Part shown: piece after piece, positions 49,733 through 59,382 of the stretch
Position numbering within the stretch: the first letter of the stretch is position 1
How the letters are laid out: each line of letters begins with the position of its first letter
Assembly (NCBI GenBank): GCA_965232515.1
Contig: CBDDPY010000002.1
Coordinates: forward strand, 3,968,001-4,032,000
Length of the DNA: 64,000 nt
Direction of reading: 5' to 3'
DNA from: Alphaproteobacteria bacterium
Lineage (GTDB): Bacteria; Pseudomonadota; Alphaproteobacteria; GCA-2731375
Program-made: the position numbers and the translations under genes
The notes under the pieces: model-generated
Told to the model about the DNA's origin: nothing
What the model saw: the letters and a program-made list of their open reading frames with translations, nothing else
The model's database searches: none

Positions 49733-52700
49733 ATGAAATTCCCGCATTTTTTCATCGACCGGCCGATCTTCGCGGCCGTCCTGTCAATCTTCCTGCTGAT
49801 CATCGGCGGCATCGCCTATGTCTCGCTGCCGGTGGCGCAATATCCAGAGGTCGTGCCGCCCACGGTCGTGGTCAGCGCGCAGTATCCCGGCGCCAGCGCC
49901 GAGGTCATCGCCGATACCGTGGCGACGCCGCTCGAGCAGGAGATCAACGGCGTCGAGAACATGCTCTACATGTACTCGCAGTCGAGCAACGACGGCCGCA
50001 TGTCCTTGACCGTGACCTTCGCGCTCGGCACCGACCTCGATCAGGCCCAGGTGCTGGTGCAGAACCGGGTCGCCGTGGCCGAGCCGCGCCTGCCCGAAGA
50101 AGTCCGGCGCATCGGCGTCACCACGCGCAAGAACTCGCCCGACCTGCTGATGGTCGTGCACATGATCTCGCCCGACGACACCTTCGACCAGCTCTACATC
50201 AGCAACTACGCGACGCTGCAGGTGCGCGACGTGCTGGCCCGGCTCGACGGCGTCGGCGACATCCAGATGTTCGGCGCGCGCGACTACTCCATGCGCATCT
50301 GGCTCGACCCCGACCGGATCTCCTCCTTCCAGATGACGGCGAGCGACGTGGTCGAGGCGATCCGACAGCAGAACGTGCAGGTGGCCGGCGGCGCGCTCGG
50401 CCAGCCGCCGGTCGTGGACGCGCGGGCCTTCCAGACCAACCTACAGCTGCTCGGCCGGCTCACCGACCCCGAACAGTTCGCCGATATCGTCGTGCGCACC
50501 GCGCCCGACGGCCGCTTTCTCCGGTTGCGCGACGTCGCCCGGGTCGAGCTCGGCGCCCGCGACTACGTCACCAACTCCTATCTCGACGGCAAGTCCGCCG
50601 TGGTGCTGGCGATCTCGCAGCGGCCTGGCTCGAACGCGCTGGCGACGGCCGAGTCGATCCAGGCCGCCATGGCCGAGCTGGCCGGGGATTTCCCGCCCGG
50701 CCTCGAATACCGCATCATCTACAACCCGACCGAGTTCATCGCCGAATCCATCGACGAGCTGATCCTCACCATCTACGAGGCCGTGTTCCTGGTCGTGCTC
50801 GTGGTGCTCTTGTTCCTGCAGTCCTGGCGCGCCTCGATCATCCCGATCATCGCTATCCCGGTCTCGCTGGTCGGCACCTTCGCGGTGATGGCCGCGTTCG
50901 GCTTCTCGGTTAACAACCTGACGCTGTTCGGCCTGGTGCTGGCCGTCGGCATCGTCGTCGACGACGCCATCGTCGTGGTCGAGAATGTCGAGCGCAACCT
51001 GCGCGACGGGCTCAGTCCGCGCGAGGCGGCGCGCAAGACCATGACCGAGGTCGGCGGCGCGCTCGTCGCCATCGCGCTGGTGCTGTCGGCGGTGTTCATT
51101 CCGGCCGCCTTCATCCCCGGCATATCCGGCGAGTTCTACCGCCAGTTCGCGCTGACCATCGCGGTGGCCACCATCATCTCGGCCTTCAACTCGCTGACGC
51201 TGAGCCCGGCCTTGAGCGCGCTGTTGCTGAAGCCGCATGACGAAACAGACCGCCGCGGCGCCGTCGCCCGCATCCTCGGCGCGCCGTTCCGCTGGTTCTT
51301 CAACGGCTTCAATCGGGGCTTCGATCTGCTGGCCGCCGGCTATGCCCGGCTCGTCGGCGTCGTCAATCGCGGCGCCGTCGTCATGCTGGTGGTCTACGTG
51401 GGCCTGATCAGCCTCACCGTTTGGGGCTTCACCCGGGTGCCGACCGGCTTCATCCCGCAGCAGGATCAGGGCTATTTCATCACCGCGATTCAGCTGCCCG
51501 ACGGCGCCGCGCTGGGCCGCACGGACGCCGTCATTACCGAGGCCGAGCGCATCATCCTCGACACGCCGGGCATCGCGCACACCGCGACGTTCTCCGGCTT
51601 CTCCGGCGCCACCCGCACCAACGCGTCGAACGCCGGCGCCATCTTCGCCGTCATGGACGCGTTCGAAGACCGCGAGGCTGCGGGCCTCAGCGGCAACGCC
51701 ATCCTCGCCGACATGCGCCAGCGGCTCGGCGCCATCCAGGGCGCCTTCATCGCCGTGTTCCCGCCGCCGCCGGTCCAGGGCATCGGCACGGCCGGCGGCT
51801 TCCGCATGATGCTGCAGGACCGTCGCGGCCGCGGTCTCGAGGTGCTGCAGCAGGCGACCAACGACATGGTCGCCGCCGCCAACGCCGAGCCCGGCCTGAT
51901 CGGCGTCTACAGCACCTTCCGTTCCAGCACGCCCCAGCTCTACGTCGACGTCGACCGCACCAAGGCGCAGATCCTTGACGTGCCGATGGAGAACCTGTTC
52001 GAAACGCTGGAGATCTATCTCGGCTCGGCCTACGTCAACGACTTCAACCTGTTCGGCCGCACCTATCGCGTCACGGCCCAGGCCGACGCCGCGCACCGGC
52101 TTGATCCCGAGGACATCTCGCGCCTGCGCACGCGCAGCGACAGCGGCGCCATCGTGCCGCTGGGCTCGGTCGTCACCTTCCGCGACATCGCGGCGCCCGA
52201 CCGCGTGCCGCGCTACAACATCTACCCCGCCGCCGAGATCGACGGCGGCAGCCTGCCGGGCGTCAGCTCGGGCGAAGCCATCGCCAGTATGGAGCGGCTG
52301 GCCGCCGAAATCCTGCCCGACGGCATCGATTTCGAATGGACGGATTTGGCCTACCAGCAGATCCAGGCCGGCAACACGGCGTTCTTCATCTTCCCGCTCG
52401 CGGTGCTGTTCGTGTTCCTGGTGCTGGCGGCGCAATACGAGAGCTGGAGCCTGCCGCTCGCCATCGTACTGATCGTGCCCATGTGCCTGCTGTCGGCGAT
52501 CGGCGGCGTCGCCTTGCGGGGCATGGACAACAACATCCTGACCCAGATCGGCTTCGTCGTGCTGGTCGGCTTGGCCAGCAAGAACGCGATCCTGATCGTT
52601 GAGTTCGCGCGCCAGCTCGAGGCCCAGGGCCGCAACCGCTTCGACGCCGCGGTCGAAGCCTGCCGCCTGCGCCTGCGCCCCATCCTGATGACGTCCTTCG

Positions 52701-52894
52701 CCTTCATCCTCGGCGTCGTGCCGCTCTTGATCGCGTCCGGCGCCGGCGCCGAAATGCGCCAGGCCCTCGGCACGGCGGTGTTCTACGGCATGCTCGGCGT
52801 CACCTTCTTCGGCCTGATCTTCACCCCGGCCTTCTACGTCCTCATCCGCGGCCTAACCACCCGCCGCAAAGCCCCCGCCCCCGAAGCCGCCTGA
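49733..52894 (+). CDS. RND efflux permease, HAE1 family (MexF/BepE-like)
   Basis: FFIDRPIFAAV, GIVVDDAIVVVENVER, KNAILIVEFA, RLRPILMTS. Confidence 0.97.
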   Translation: MKFPHFFIDRPIFAAVLSIFLLIIGGIAYVSLPVAQYPEVVPPTVVVSAQYPGASAEVIADTVATPLEQEINGVENMLYMYSQSSNDGRMSLTVTFALGTDLDQAQVLVQNRVAVAEPRLPEEVRRIGVTTRKNSPDLLMVVHMISPDDTFDQLYISNYATLQVRDVLARLDGVGDIQMFGARDYSMRIWLDPDRISSFQMTASDVVEAIRQQNVQVAGGALGQPPVVDARAFQTNLQLLGRLTDPEQFADIVVRTAPDGRFLRLRDVARVELGARDYVTNSYLDGKSAVVLAISQRPGSNALATAESIQAAMAELAGDFPPGLEYRIIYNPTEFIAESIDELILTIYEAVFLVVLVVLLFLQSWRASIIPIIAIPVSLVGTFAVMAAFGFSVNNLTLFGLVLAVGIVVDDAIVVVENVERNLRDGLSPREAARKTMTEVGGALVAIALVLSAVFIPAAFIPGISGEFYRQFALTIAVATIISAFNSLTLSPALSALLLKPHDETDRRGAVARILGAPFRWFFNGFNRGFDLLAAGYARLVGVVNRGAVVMLVVYVGLISLTVWGFTRVPTGFIPQQDQGYFITAIQLPDGAALGRTDAVITEAERIILDTPGIAHTATFSGFSGATRTNASNAGAIFAVMDAFEDREAAGLSGNAILADMRQRLGAIQGAFIAVFPPPPVQGIGTAGGFRMMLQDRRGRGLEVLQQATNDMVAAANAEPGLIGVYSTFRSSTPQLYVDVDRTKAQILDVPMENLFETLEIYLGSAYVNDFNLFGRTYRVTAQADAAHRLDPEDISRLRTRSDSGAIVPLGSVVTFRDIAAPDRVPRYNIYPAAEIDGGSLPGVSSGEAIASMERLAAEILPDGIDFEWTDLAYQQIQAGNTAFFIFPLAVLFVFLVLAAQYESWSLPLAIVLIVPMCLLSAIGGVALRGMDNNILTQIGFVVLVGLASKNAILIVEFARQLEAQGRNRFDAAVEACRLRLRPILMTSFAFILGVVPLLIASGAGAEMRQALGTAVFYGMLGVTFFGLIFTPAFYVLIRGLTTRRKAPAPEAA

Positions 52895-52905
52895 CCGCCT
52901 CCACA

Positions 52906-53039
52906 AATTCCGGGGACAGTAACCGTAATTCAGTAAACATCACTATTCCGGTGACAGTAACCGTAACTCCATCGAGCTGCCGGTTTGCCGACGCTCGGTG
53001 GGTCAAATTAGTCGAGTTATGATTACTGTCACCGGAATT
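52906..53039. repeat. Three copies (two direct, one inverted) of a 25-26 bp TIR-like repeat
   Basis: AATTCCGGGGACAGTAACCGTAATTC (52906), ATTCCGGTGACAGTAACCGTAACTC (52945), inverted AATTCCGGTGACAGTAATCATAACTC (53014-53039). Confidence 0.85.
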
Positions 53040-53176
53040 ATGACACCGAAGCGAGTGCGTCAAACGATACATGCCACGTCCGATTTCCGGGCGCAGGCAC
53101 GACTGGCATTGATCGAGCGCAGTTGCAGGCGCCATAGCCGTGCTAGCCTCGGTACGCTATTGCCATCGAGCCGTCC

Positions 53177-54406
53177 ATGCCCCGCGCGCCCGCCCCGGAA
53201 CCGACACTCAAGCGCTCCCTGTCGCTGCCGCTGCTGACGCTCTATGGCGTCGGCACCACAATCGGCGCCGGCATCTATGTGCTGATCGGCAAGGTCGTCG
53301 GCGAGGCCGGCGTCTACGCGCCGCTGTCGTTCCTGCTGGCGGCCGCGCTCGCCGGGCTGTCGGCCTTGTCGTTCGCCGAGATGTCGGCGCGCTTTCCGGC
53401 CAGCGCCGGCGAAGCCGTCTACGTGCAGGAAGGCCTGGGCCGGCGGCGGCTGACCGTGGTGGTCGGCCTGCTGGTCGTCGCCGCCGGCCTGGTCTCCTGC
53501 GCCACGCTGGCGCACGGCTTTGTCGGCTACATGACGGAGTTCGTCGACCTGCCGGACGCGGTCCTGCTGGTGGCGCTCGTCGGCGCGCTCGGTCTGATCG
53601 CCAGCATCGGCATCACCGAATCCGTGGCGCTGGCCGCCGTGCTGACGCTGCTGGAGGTCGGCGGCCTGGTCGCCATCATCGGCGGCGCGGCGTTCGGCGA
53701 GTCGGCCGCGGCGATCGAGATCACACCCTCAGCCGGCGCACCGCTCATCTGGACCGGCGTGCTGTCGGGCGCCGTGCTCGCTTTCTACGCCTTCATCGGC
53801 TTCGAGGACATGGTCAACGTCGCCGAGGAGGTAAAGGACGCCCGCCGCACGCTGCCGCGCGCCATCCTGGCGACACTCGTCATCACGTCCGCCTTTTACG
53901 TCGCAATCTCACTGATCGCCGTCGCCATGGTGCCGGCCGGCCTGCTGGCGGAGAGCGATGCGCCGCTGGCGCTGCTGTTCGAGCGCACGACCGGCCTCGC
54001 GGGCGCGCCGATCAGCGTCATCGCCATCCTCGCCGTGCTGAACGGCATGCTGATCCAGATCATCATGGCCGCCCGCGTGCTCTACGGCATGGGCAGCCGC
54101 GGCTGGCTGCCGGCGGTGCTGGCGCACGTCAACCCGCGCACCCGCACGCCGCTGCGGTCGACGGCGCTGGCGACGGCGATCGTGCTGGGGCTCGCGCTGG
54201 CGTTTCCCATCGTCACGCTGGCCAAGGCAACCTCGGCCGTGGCGCTCAGCATCTTCACGCTGGTCAACCTGTCGCTGCACCGGCTCAAGGCGGCCGATCC
54301 GGCACCGCACGAGGGCTTCACCGCGCCTCGCTGGCTGCCGCTCCTGGGCGCGCTCGCCAGCGCCGCCCTGCTCGCCTTCGAGCTCGGCCACGGCCTGCTC
54401 GGCTGA
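53177..54406 (+). CDS. APC family amino acid permease
   Basis: YGVGTTIGAGIY, FYAFIGFE, AEEVKD...LPRAI, ARVLYGM. Confidence 0.93.
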   Translation: MPRAPAPEPTLKRSLSLPLLTLYGVGTTIGAGIYVLIGKVVGEAGVYAPLSFLLAAALAGLSALSFAEMSARFPASAGEAVYVQEGLGRRRLTVVVGLLVVAAGLVSCATLAHGFVGYMTEFVDLPDAVLLVALVGALGLIASIGITESVALAAVLTLLEVGGLVAIIGGAAFGESAAAIEITPSAGAPLIWTGVLSGAVLAFYAFIGFEDMVNVAEEVKDARRTLPRAILATLVITSAFYVAISLIAVAMVPAGLLAESDAPLALLFERTTGLAGAPISVIAILAVLNGMLIQIIMAARVLYGMGSRGWLPAVLAHVNPRTRTPLRSTALATAIVLGLALAFPIVTLAKATSAVALSIFTLVNLSLHRLKAADPAPHEGFTAPRWLPLLGALASAALLAFELGHGLLG

Positions 54407-54460
54407 CGGCGTCGTTTCCCGTTAAGATTAGCGCGTTCGCAGGATCGGGAGGCGGCGCGC

Positions 54461-55333
54461 ATGCATCAGCTCAACGAGTTCCAACTCATGTCGGTGATCG
54501 AGCTCGAGGCGCCGTTTCTCGGCCCCTTCGAGTTCTTCCCCAATGCGACTCAGGACGTCTTCGACGCGCACGCGCACTGGCTGAAGCCCCGCTATCAGGA
54601 TCCCGAAACGGACCGCCTGATGTTCTGCTTCCAGTCCTACATCGTGCGCACGCCACGCCACACGATCCTGGTCGACAGCTGCATCGGCAACGACAAGGAC
54701 CGCCCGAACCGCCCGGACTGGCACCGGCGCAACGGGACCTTCCTGGCCGACCTGGCGCGCCTCGGCGTCCGGCCGGAAGACATCGACATGGTCTTCTGCA
54801 CGCACCTGCACGCCGACCATATCGGCTGGAACACGCAACTCGTGGACGGCCGCTGGGTGCCGACCTTTCCGAACGCCAAATACCTGCTCGGCCGCACCGA
54901 ATACGATTTCTGGGAACAGCGTTACCGCGCCGACGTCAGCGGCCCGCGGCAGATCGCCTTCGCCGACAGCGTGCTGCCGGTGGTCGACGCCGGCCAGGCC
55001 GTCTTCGTGGACGGCGACCATGCGGTCGAGGACGGCGTCGTGCTCGAGGCGGCGCCCGGCCACACGCCCGGCAACATGGTCGTCAACCTGCGCTCGGGCG
55101 ACGCGTCGGCGGTGCTGCTGGGCGACACCATCCACCATCCGATCCAGCTCAAACGGCCGGACTGGTCCTGCATGGCCTGCGAGGACAAGGCGCTGTCGGC
55201 GACCACGCGCCGTGGCCTGATCGAGCGCTACGCCGACACATCAACGCTGATGGCGCCGGTGCATTTCCCGGCGCCGTCGGTCTGCCGCTTCGTCCGCGAC
55301 GGCGACGCCTTCGGCTTCGAGATGGATATCTGA
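54461..55333 (+). CDS. MBL-fold metallo-hydrolase (lactonase/MPH-like)
   Basis: THLHADHIGWN, PGHTPG, GD..HHP, HF. Confidence 0.92.
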   Translation: MHQLNEFQLMSVIELEAPFLGPFEFFPNATQDVFDAHAHWLKPRYQDPETDRLMFCFQSYIVRTPRHTILVDSCIGNDKDRPNRPDWHRRNGTFLADLARLGVRPEDIDMVFCTHLHADHIGWNTQLVDGRWVPTFPNAKYLLGRTEYDFWEQRYRADVSGPRQIAFADSVLPVVDAGQAVFVDGDHAVEDGVVLEAAPGHTPGNMVVNLRSGDASAVLLGDTIHHPIQLKRPDWSCMACEDKALSATTRRGLIERYADTSTLMAPVHFPAPSVCRFVRDGDAFGFEMDI

Positions 55334-55453
55334 CCCCGACTGTCCGACCGGCGGTTGCTTGAATGCCGGTTCAGATGCGGTCATCCTGAACGCATAACAA
55401 GCGTTGCCCGGAACCTTCGGACCGGGAGCGCCAAAAACGGGAGGGTGGGCATC

Positions 55454-55963
55454 ATGATCCGCATGCTGTTTGCGGCCGGCCTGAGCGTCGGCCTGATGGC
55501 GACAACGGCTGTCGCCGGGCCGGAAAACGTGCAATGGCCGGGCGACTACAAGACCAAGTTCACGAACTATTTCAACGGCGACCGCACGGCGAACGACAAG
55601 CAGGTCATCCGTGTCTTCGCCAACGGCACCGCCATGCAGGGCGCCGGCGCGGACGGCAAGCTGCCCTACGGCTCGGTCTTGGTTGGCGAGCTGTACAGCG
55701 TCAAGCTCGACGCCGACGGCGAGCCGGTCGAGAGCGTGCTCGGCCGCCGCATCGCCGAAAAGTTCTCGGCCATCGTCGTCATGGAGCGTGGCAAGGACTT
55801 CGACGCGGAGTATTCAGACGACCTCAAGGTCGGCGACTGGGAGTTCGCGGTGTTCAGCCCGGACGGCAAGCGGCTCGACAAGGACATTACCGGTTGCCGC
55901 GCGTGCCATCACCCGCTCACCGAAACCGAATACGTCTGGTCCTACGAGCACCTCGTGCGCTGA
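55454..55963 (+). CDS. Cytochrome P460/c'-beta family protein
   Basis: Signal peptide, LPYGSVLVGE, VME, GDWEFA.F, CRACH. Confidence 0.85.
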   Translation: MIRMLFAAGLSVGLMATTAVAGPENVQWPGDYKTKFTNYFNGDRTANDKQVIRVFANGTAMQGAGADGKLPYGSVLVGELYSVKLDADGEPVESVLGRRIAEKFSAIVVMERGKDFDAEYSDDLKVGDWEFAVFSPDGKRLDKDITGCRACHHPLTETEYVWSYEHLVR

Positions 55964-56104
55964 GTGGCGTCGGCCAGCGACACGCAGCCGTCGCCTTCTC
56001 TGTTTCGCAAGTGCTCGTTTCAGGCCGCGACGGCGGCCCGCCGGCTTATCCGGCGGGCCCGCGCAGGCGCGGAACGTCAGGTCCGCTTGCCGTGAGCGCA
56101 GAAA

Positions 56105-56737
56105 CTAACCGAACAGGATCGCCTCGACGTTCTCGACCAGGAAGGCGGCGCCAACGCCCGCCACCACGGCGCCTGCGAGGCGCGGCTTGACGGCGGCGGG
56201 TTCGGTCGCGTGCCAGATCCAGGCGACGACCGCGCCGGCGGCGACGGCGATGGCGTACTGGATCGCGGCGAAGCCGACCATGTAGGCGATGAGCGGCGTC
56301 GGCTCGGCGCCGAGAATGCTGCCGCCATAGGCCCAGCCGTGGAACAGGCCGGCGACCGCGAACAGCCCCACATAAACGCCCTGCGACACCGCGCGTCCCG
56401 ACAGGATCAACGCGCCCAGCACGACGATGGACGCGGCCACGATGATCTCGACCAGCGGCAGCGCGATGCCCGAGATGTGAATGATGCAGCCGGCGAGCGT
56501 CGCCAGGATGAAGGCCAGCGGCGACAGGAAGCGGTTCGCCGTGAACACCGCGGCGACGCCCATGGCGACGATGAAGGCGAAATGGTCGACGCCGATGATC
56601 GGGTGACCGAAGCCCGACAACAGTCCTGCCATGAACGTGTCCGGCACGCCGCCGCCCATGACGTGATGCGCCAACGCGGGTTCGGCAAAAAGCACGGTCG
56701 CCGCGGCAACGGCAAGCGTGGAGATCTTCTTGTGCAT
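56105..56737 (-). CDS. HupE/UreJ family Ni/Co transporter
   Basis: ALAHH, SGFGHPIIGVDH, AGLFHGWAYG; GGAGG RBS. Confidence 0.92.
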   Translation of the reverse strand: MHKKISTLAVAAATVLFAEPALAHHVMGGGVPDTFMAGLLSGFGHPIIGVDHFAFIVAMGVAAVFTANRFLSPLAFILATLAGCIIHISGIALPLVEIIVAASIVVLGALILSGRAVSQGVYVGLFAVAGLFHGWAYGGSILGAEPTPLIAYMVGFAAIQYAIAVAAGAVVAWIWHATEPAAVKPRLAGAVVAGVGAAFLVENVEAILFG

Positions 56738-57017
56738 TCTTTGTCCTCCCGAGTGGTCACGCCCGATGGAATTTCGAAGATCTGGGTAACAGGCCGGCAA
56801 CGGCGCCGCTACCCGCACTGAATCGATTGCTAGCTTCGGGCAAGCAGGCGTCGCGATCAAGGGCGGAGGTCCCGGTGACATTGGCCAGCCGGGCGACAAC
56901 CCACGGGCCCCGTTGCACGAACGCGCTTCGCGAATGCGCTTTTCGGCCCTATCCTGTCGTCCGCCTCGCACGCGGCGATAGGGGTTGGCGCCGGCGCGAC
57001 GGCATGACGGGGGTCGA

Positions 57018-57842
57018 ATGGCAAAACTCGGCGATGAGGTCATCGCGCTCGCGACGGCCGGCCGGCTGGACGAGCTCAGACAACGGCTCGACGACGATCC
57101 GGAGATCGCCCGGCGGCGCGGGCCCGGCGCCGAGACGCTGCTGCACGTCGTCGCCCGGCAATGGCCCAAGCTCGCCGCCGGGCCCGAAATCGCCCGGGCG
57201 CTGATCGCCGCCGGGGCGAACGTCAACGCCGCCGACGCCGACGGCCTGCGCCCGATCCAGGGCGCCACCGGCGACCCGGCCCTGACCGGGGTGCTGCTCG
57301 ACGCCGGCGCCGACACCCGGGTCTATGCCGAAAACCACATGAACATGAGCCCGATCGAGGTCTGCCTCTATTACGGCCTGCCGGGCGAGGCGCGCCTGTT
57401 GGCGAATGCCGGCGCCGCCATCGACCTGCGCGTCGCCGCCGGCCTCGGTGATGCGCCCTACGTCCGCTCCTGCCTGGACGAAAACGACCGTTTCCGCGCC
57501 GACAGCATCGGCCTGCCGGGCCAGCCCGGCCCCCGCCTGTCATTGGCGGACGGCATGACCCAGGCGCTCGCCTATGCCGCCCGCAACGGCCAGGGGACGA
57601 TCGTCGAGCTGCTGCTCGATCACGGCGCCGATATCGACGCGCTTGCGCCGCATTTCGACGTCGGCTGCACCCCGCTCCATCAGGCCGTCTCGGGCGGTCA
57701 TCTGATGATCGCCGAATTGCTCGTCCGCCGCGGCGCTCGTCTCGACATCCGCGACGACGGCCACAATTCAACGCCGCGCCAGTGGGCCGAGCACCAGAGC
57801 AGGGCCGAGATCGCCGGATTCCTTGCCGCCCAGGGCGGTTAA
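57018..57842 (+). CDS. Ankyrin repeat protein
   Basis: TLLHV, LIAAGANVNA, LLDHGADIDA, TPLHQAV..GH. Confidence 0.88.
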   Translation: MAKLGDEVIALATAGRLDELRQRLDDDPEIARRRGPGAETLLHVVARQWPKLAAGPEIARALIAAGANVNAADADGLRPIQGATGDPALTGVLLDAGADTRVYAENHMNMSPIEVCLYYGLPGEARLLANAGAAIDLRVAAGLGDAPYVRSCLDENDRFRADSIGLPGQPGPRLSLADGMTQALAYAARNGQGTIVELLLDHGADIDALAPHFDVGCTPLHQAVSGGHLMIAELLVRRGARLDIRDDGHNSTPRQWAEHQSRAEIAGFLAAQGG

Positions 57843-57913
57843 CGTCCCACCGCGCCACCGCGGACAGCCGCCAGGGCCGTCCGGCACGAGGAGTTTCCGG
57901 CCCAAAAAAATCC

Positions 57914-57960
57914 TTGAACATTGTTCACATCATCGCCATATGCATATGAACGCTGTTCAA
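57914..57960 (+). promoter_or_regulatory. Tandem TGAAC-N3-GTTCA operators, 32 bp apart, over a probable promoter
   Basis: TGAACATTGTTCA (57915) and TGAACGCTGTTCA (57947); TTGAAC-N17-CATATG. Confidence 0.75.
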
Positions 57961-58023
57961 ATAAATTTTCCATAATCTCGCACCGCATCACGACATCGCC
58001 ACTCTGGTTCTGGAGACACGACC

Positions 58024-59382
58024 ATGACAGTGACCAATCGTGTGCAGGTATTGCCGCTTGCCGGCCCCCAGGGCGCGCGGCGCGGCATCGAGGATGCCGG
58101 ACATGTCCGGCTGGCGCTCGCCATACTGACCGCGCTGTTTGCCGTTCGCGTGGGGCTGCAGCTGCTGCAGAGCCTGGTCGATCTGCCCGCCGTGCCGGCC
58201 TTCGCGGCCTGGGACAGCGGCCTCTTGCCCTATCCCTGGCTGCTCGGCGCGCAGATCGCCATCCTGGCCATGCAATTGCGTTCGATCCGCGCCGTCGACG
58301 GCCGCGCGCGGCCGCGTCGGGGCACGGCGCTCGCAATCCTGGGCGGCGTCTATTTCATCGGCATGCTCGCCCGCGCCGTCATCGGCATGGCGTCGCTGTC
58401 GGATAACGTCTGGTTCCAGGCGCCGCTGGCGACCTCGTTTCATCTCGTGCTGGCGAGCTTCCTGATCGTCCTCGGCCTGCATTGGCGCCGCGCCGGCGCG
58501 GCGCCGGCGGGACCGCGTTCGAAAGCCGCCCGGTGGCTGCTCTACCCGCTGACGCTCGCCGCGGCCGTGGCGCTGTTCGCCTGGTCGACCAGGAATGGCC
58601 TGCCGGTCATGTTCGCCGCCTATCACGCGGCCATGCTCGGCATCGCCGTTGTCGTCATCGCCGAACAGCTTCTGCCCTATCGGCCAAGCTGGCGTCCGGA
58701 CCGGGCCGAGACGGCGACGGACGCGCTCTACCTGTTGACGGTGCAGATGGCGCTGCCGGCGCTGCTGTCGTTGGGCCTCGCTTCAGTTCTTCTCGGCCTC
58801 GACCTGCCGAAAACGGCGCTCTGGCCGCATGCCTGGCCGGTCACCGCGCAGGTGCTGTTGATGCTGCTCGCCGCCGATTTCGCGCGTTACTGGTTGCACC
58901 GGGCCTGCCACGCCTGGGCGCCGCTGTGGCGGCTGCACGCCGTGCACCACGCGCCGGAGCGGCTGCACGCGCTCAACGTCTGCCGCTTTCACCCGCTGGA
59001 AAAGACCCTGCAGTTCACGCTCGACGCCCTGCCGTTCGTGCTGCTCGGCGTCGCCGAACCGGTCGTCGCCGGCTATTTCGTGGTCTATGCCATCAACGGT
59101 TTCTTCCAGCATGCGAACGTGGACCTGCGGCTCGGCTGGCTGAACTGGATCGTCGCCGGCCCGGAACTGCATCGCTGGCATCATGCCCGCGAGCCCCGCC
59201 TCAGCGACCACAATTTCGGCAACAACCTGATCGTCTGGGACGCCGTCTTCGGCACCCGCTGGCTACCGCGGGGTGAGGCCGTCGACGCGCTCGGTCTCGT
59301 CAACCGCGCCTATCCGCGCGGCCTGCCCGCCCAGCTTGTCGCGCCGTTCCGCATCGACCCCAACCGCACGGAGGCGATCTGA
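58024..59382 (+). CDS. Sterol desaturase/fatty acid hydroxylase family protein with extra N-terminal membrane domain
   Basis: His boxes YWLHRACH, LHAVHH, FQHAN, LHRWHH, NFG...WD..FGT; extra roughly 150-aa, 4-TM N-terminus. Confidence 0.9.
   Translation: MTVTNRVQVLPLAGPQGARRGIEDAGHVRLALAILTALFAVRVGLQLLQSLVDLPAVPAFAAWDSGLLPYPWLLGAQIAILAMQLRSIRAVDGRARPRRGTALAILGGVYFIGMLARAVIGMASLSDNVWFQAPLATSFHLVLASFLIVLGLHWRRAGAAPAGPRSKAARWLLYPLTLAAAVALFAWSTRNGLPVMFAAYHAAMLGIAVVVIAEQLLPYRPSWRPDRAETATDALYLLTVQMALPALLSLGLASVLLGLDLPKTALWPHAWPVTAQVLLMLLAADFARYWLHRACHAWAPLWRLHAVHHAPERLHALNVCRFHPLEKTLQFTLDALPFVLLGVAEPVVAGYFVVYAINGFFQHANVDLRLGWLNWIVAGPELHRWHHAREPRLSDHNFGNNLIVWDAVFGTRWLPRGEAVDALGLVNRAYPRGLPAQLVAPFRIDPNRTEAI

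Noticed and set aside
52906-53039. Mini CRISPR array
   Set aside because: Only two direct copies with a 13-bp gap, the third is inverted, and there are no cas genes
40259-55963. Hydroxylamine oxidation or nitrification inferred from P460 genes
   Set aside because: Both proteins appear to lack the cross-link Lys; no amo/hao in the window
56740-57017. Cobalamin riboswitch upstream of hupE/ureJ
   Set aside because: Reading the minus strand I found no GGGAA...GCCCCCGC.ACTGT core or B12 box; an Infernal/Rfam scan would be decisive
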